Below the pieces are notes generated by a model. That model was not told where the DNA came from and did no database searches. It worked only from the letters and a program-made list of their open reading frames with translations. The translations under genes and the position numbers were made by a program. From Anthoceros angustus (taxonomy: Eukaryota > Plantae > Anthocerotophyta), in the NCBI GenBank assembly GCA_010909165.1, contig MU008232.1, positions 31,746 to 95,745 of the forward strand: a stretch of DNA of 64,000 bases, given 5' to 3'. Positions 63,027 through 64,000 of this stretch are shown one piece after another (the stretch's first letter is position 1; each line of letters starts with the position of its first letter).

Positions 63027-64000
63027 TGTCGAAGGAGGGTGGTGGACGAGGGCCTGGGGATAGTGCCGCCCACAGAACCGGGGGCGTGCTCGGGCAGAGC
63101 GGGGAAGGAGAGCACTTTCGGACGAGAGAGGGATCTAAGGACACCACAGCAAAGAGGTAAGTCCAAATCGCGACACACAAGGCAAGAAGGAGAGGGTTTG
63201 AGTCAAGGGAGGAGAAGCCTGTGGGGATATGGGACATGAAGGGGTCCGTTGGGTGAACACGGACCCCAGAATGCTCGGGCGAGGATGTCTAGGAACCGCG
63301 AGGCCCGGACCACGAGGTCCGGACTCGGGCGACCGAACCCTCCAACTCGGAAGGTGGGACCCGAGGTCCGGGACTCGGAAGGGGAAGGGGTGAGTGAGGA
63401 TCGATCTCAACCCACCTGAGGCCGGAATGGGTTCAGTGGACCCACGGGCAAGGACCCACCAGTACCAAGGTTTAATGAGGAGGAGGACTTGGTGGTCATC
63501 TGCGGTTGTCGCCAGAGGCGCACTGGCTGCAGTCTCGGCGGAGGAGGGCCTCCGCGTGCGGATCATCCGATTGGTCTTGTTGCAATTGTAGCCGGGGATT
63601 GGGCACCGGTAGCAAAGGAATCCCGGTCGGCCATAGCCCCACCGCCAAAGACGATGGGGAAGCTAGGGAAGATAGGGGATTGCGTGCTGGGCAAAGTGAG
63701 CTCCGACATCACCGGGCAAGATAGAGTAATAAAGGCCCCTCGGGGACGTGAGTATAAGAGGCGGACGCTCGAAAACATCTTTCTTTGGGGTTGATCTGCG
63801 TTATCTCACAAGCCCTTGTGTGTCCTTTGTTGACGCGAGTTGAGTCACCGAGGCAAGACTACTCCTAGAGACCGAGTCAAGTCCTAGTAGCGGACCCTAC
63901 GCGTGGTGGTGTGTGTGCATGTGCCGACGACCGGATCACCGCCTCCGTAATGGGACCGACCACACGGACCGAGCGCGAGACTAGTGGAACTCAGAGGGCG
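63027..64000 (+). mobile_element. Possible start of a long GC-rich LTR running off the window
   Basis: Abrupt composition change at TGTCGAAGG, GGACCCGAGGTCC-type repeats, TATAAG at ~63753; partner LTR not visible. Confidence 0.3.

Overview
Plant nuclear DNA. Compact GC-rich genes with ~80-120 bp introns and a PLS-class PPR suggest a seed-free land plant, possibly a hornwort (inference only). Bases ~1-41 kb are a nest of transposons: three related Ty1/copia elements (one full-length, with TSD), a full-length chromodomain-type Ty3/gypsy with non-canonical AG...CT LTR ends, other gypsy remnants, two RLE-type non-LTR fragments, a pogo-like DDE transposase and a foldback satellite. Bases ~41.5-54.8 kb are a dense host-gene island: PPR, plastid polyphenol oxidase, TSR3, FatB-type acyl-ACP thioesterase and WASHC3/CCDC53. 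Bases ~55.9-63 kb hold an unclassified element carrying a ParB/Srx-like domain upstream of a beta-class amino-DNA-methyltransferase-like domain, plus a second MTase-like paralogue; a possible third, more diverged copy lies at ~1.2-3.1 kb. Nearly every ORF, including conserved host genes, has small indels, so many frameshifts are probably consensus errors rather than true decay. There is an N at 27828. All motif calls were made by eye, without database searches.
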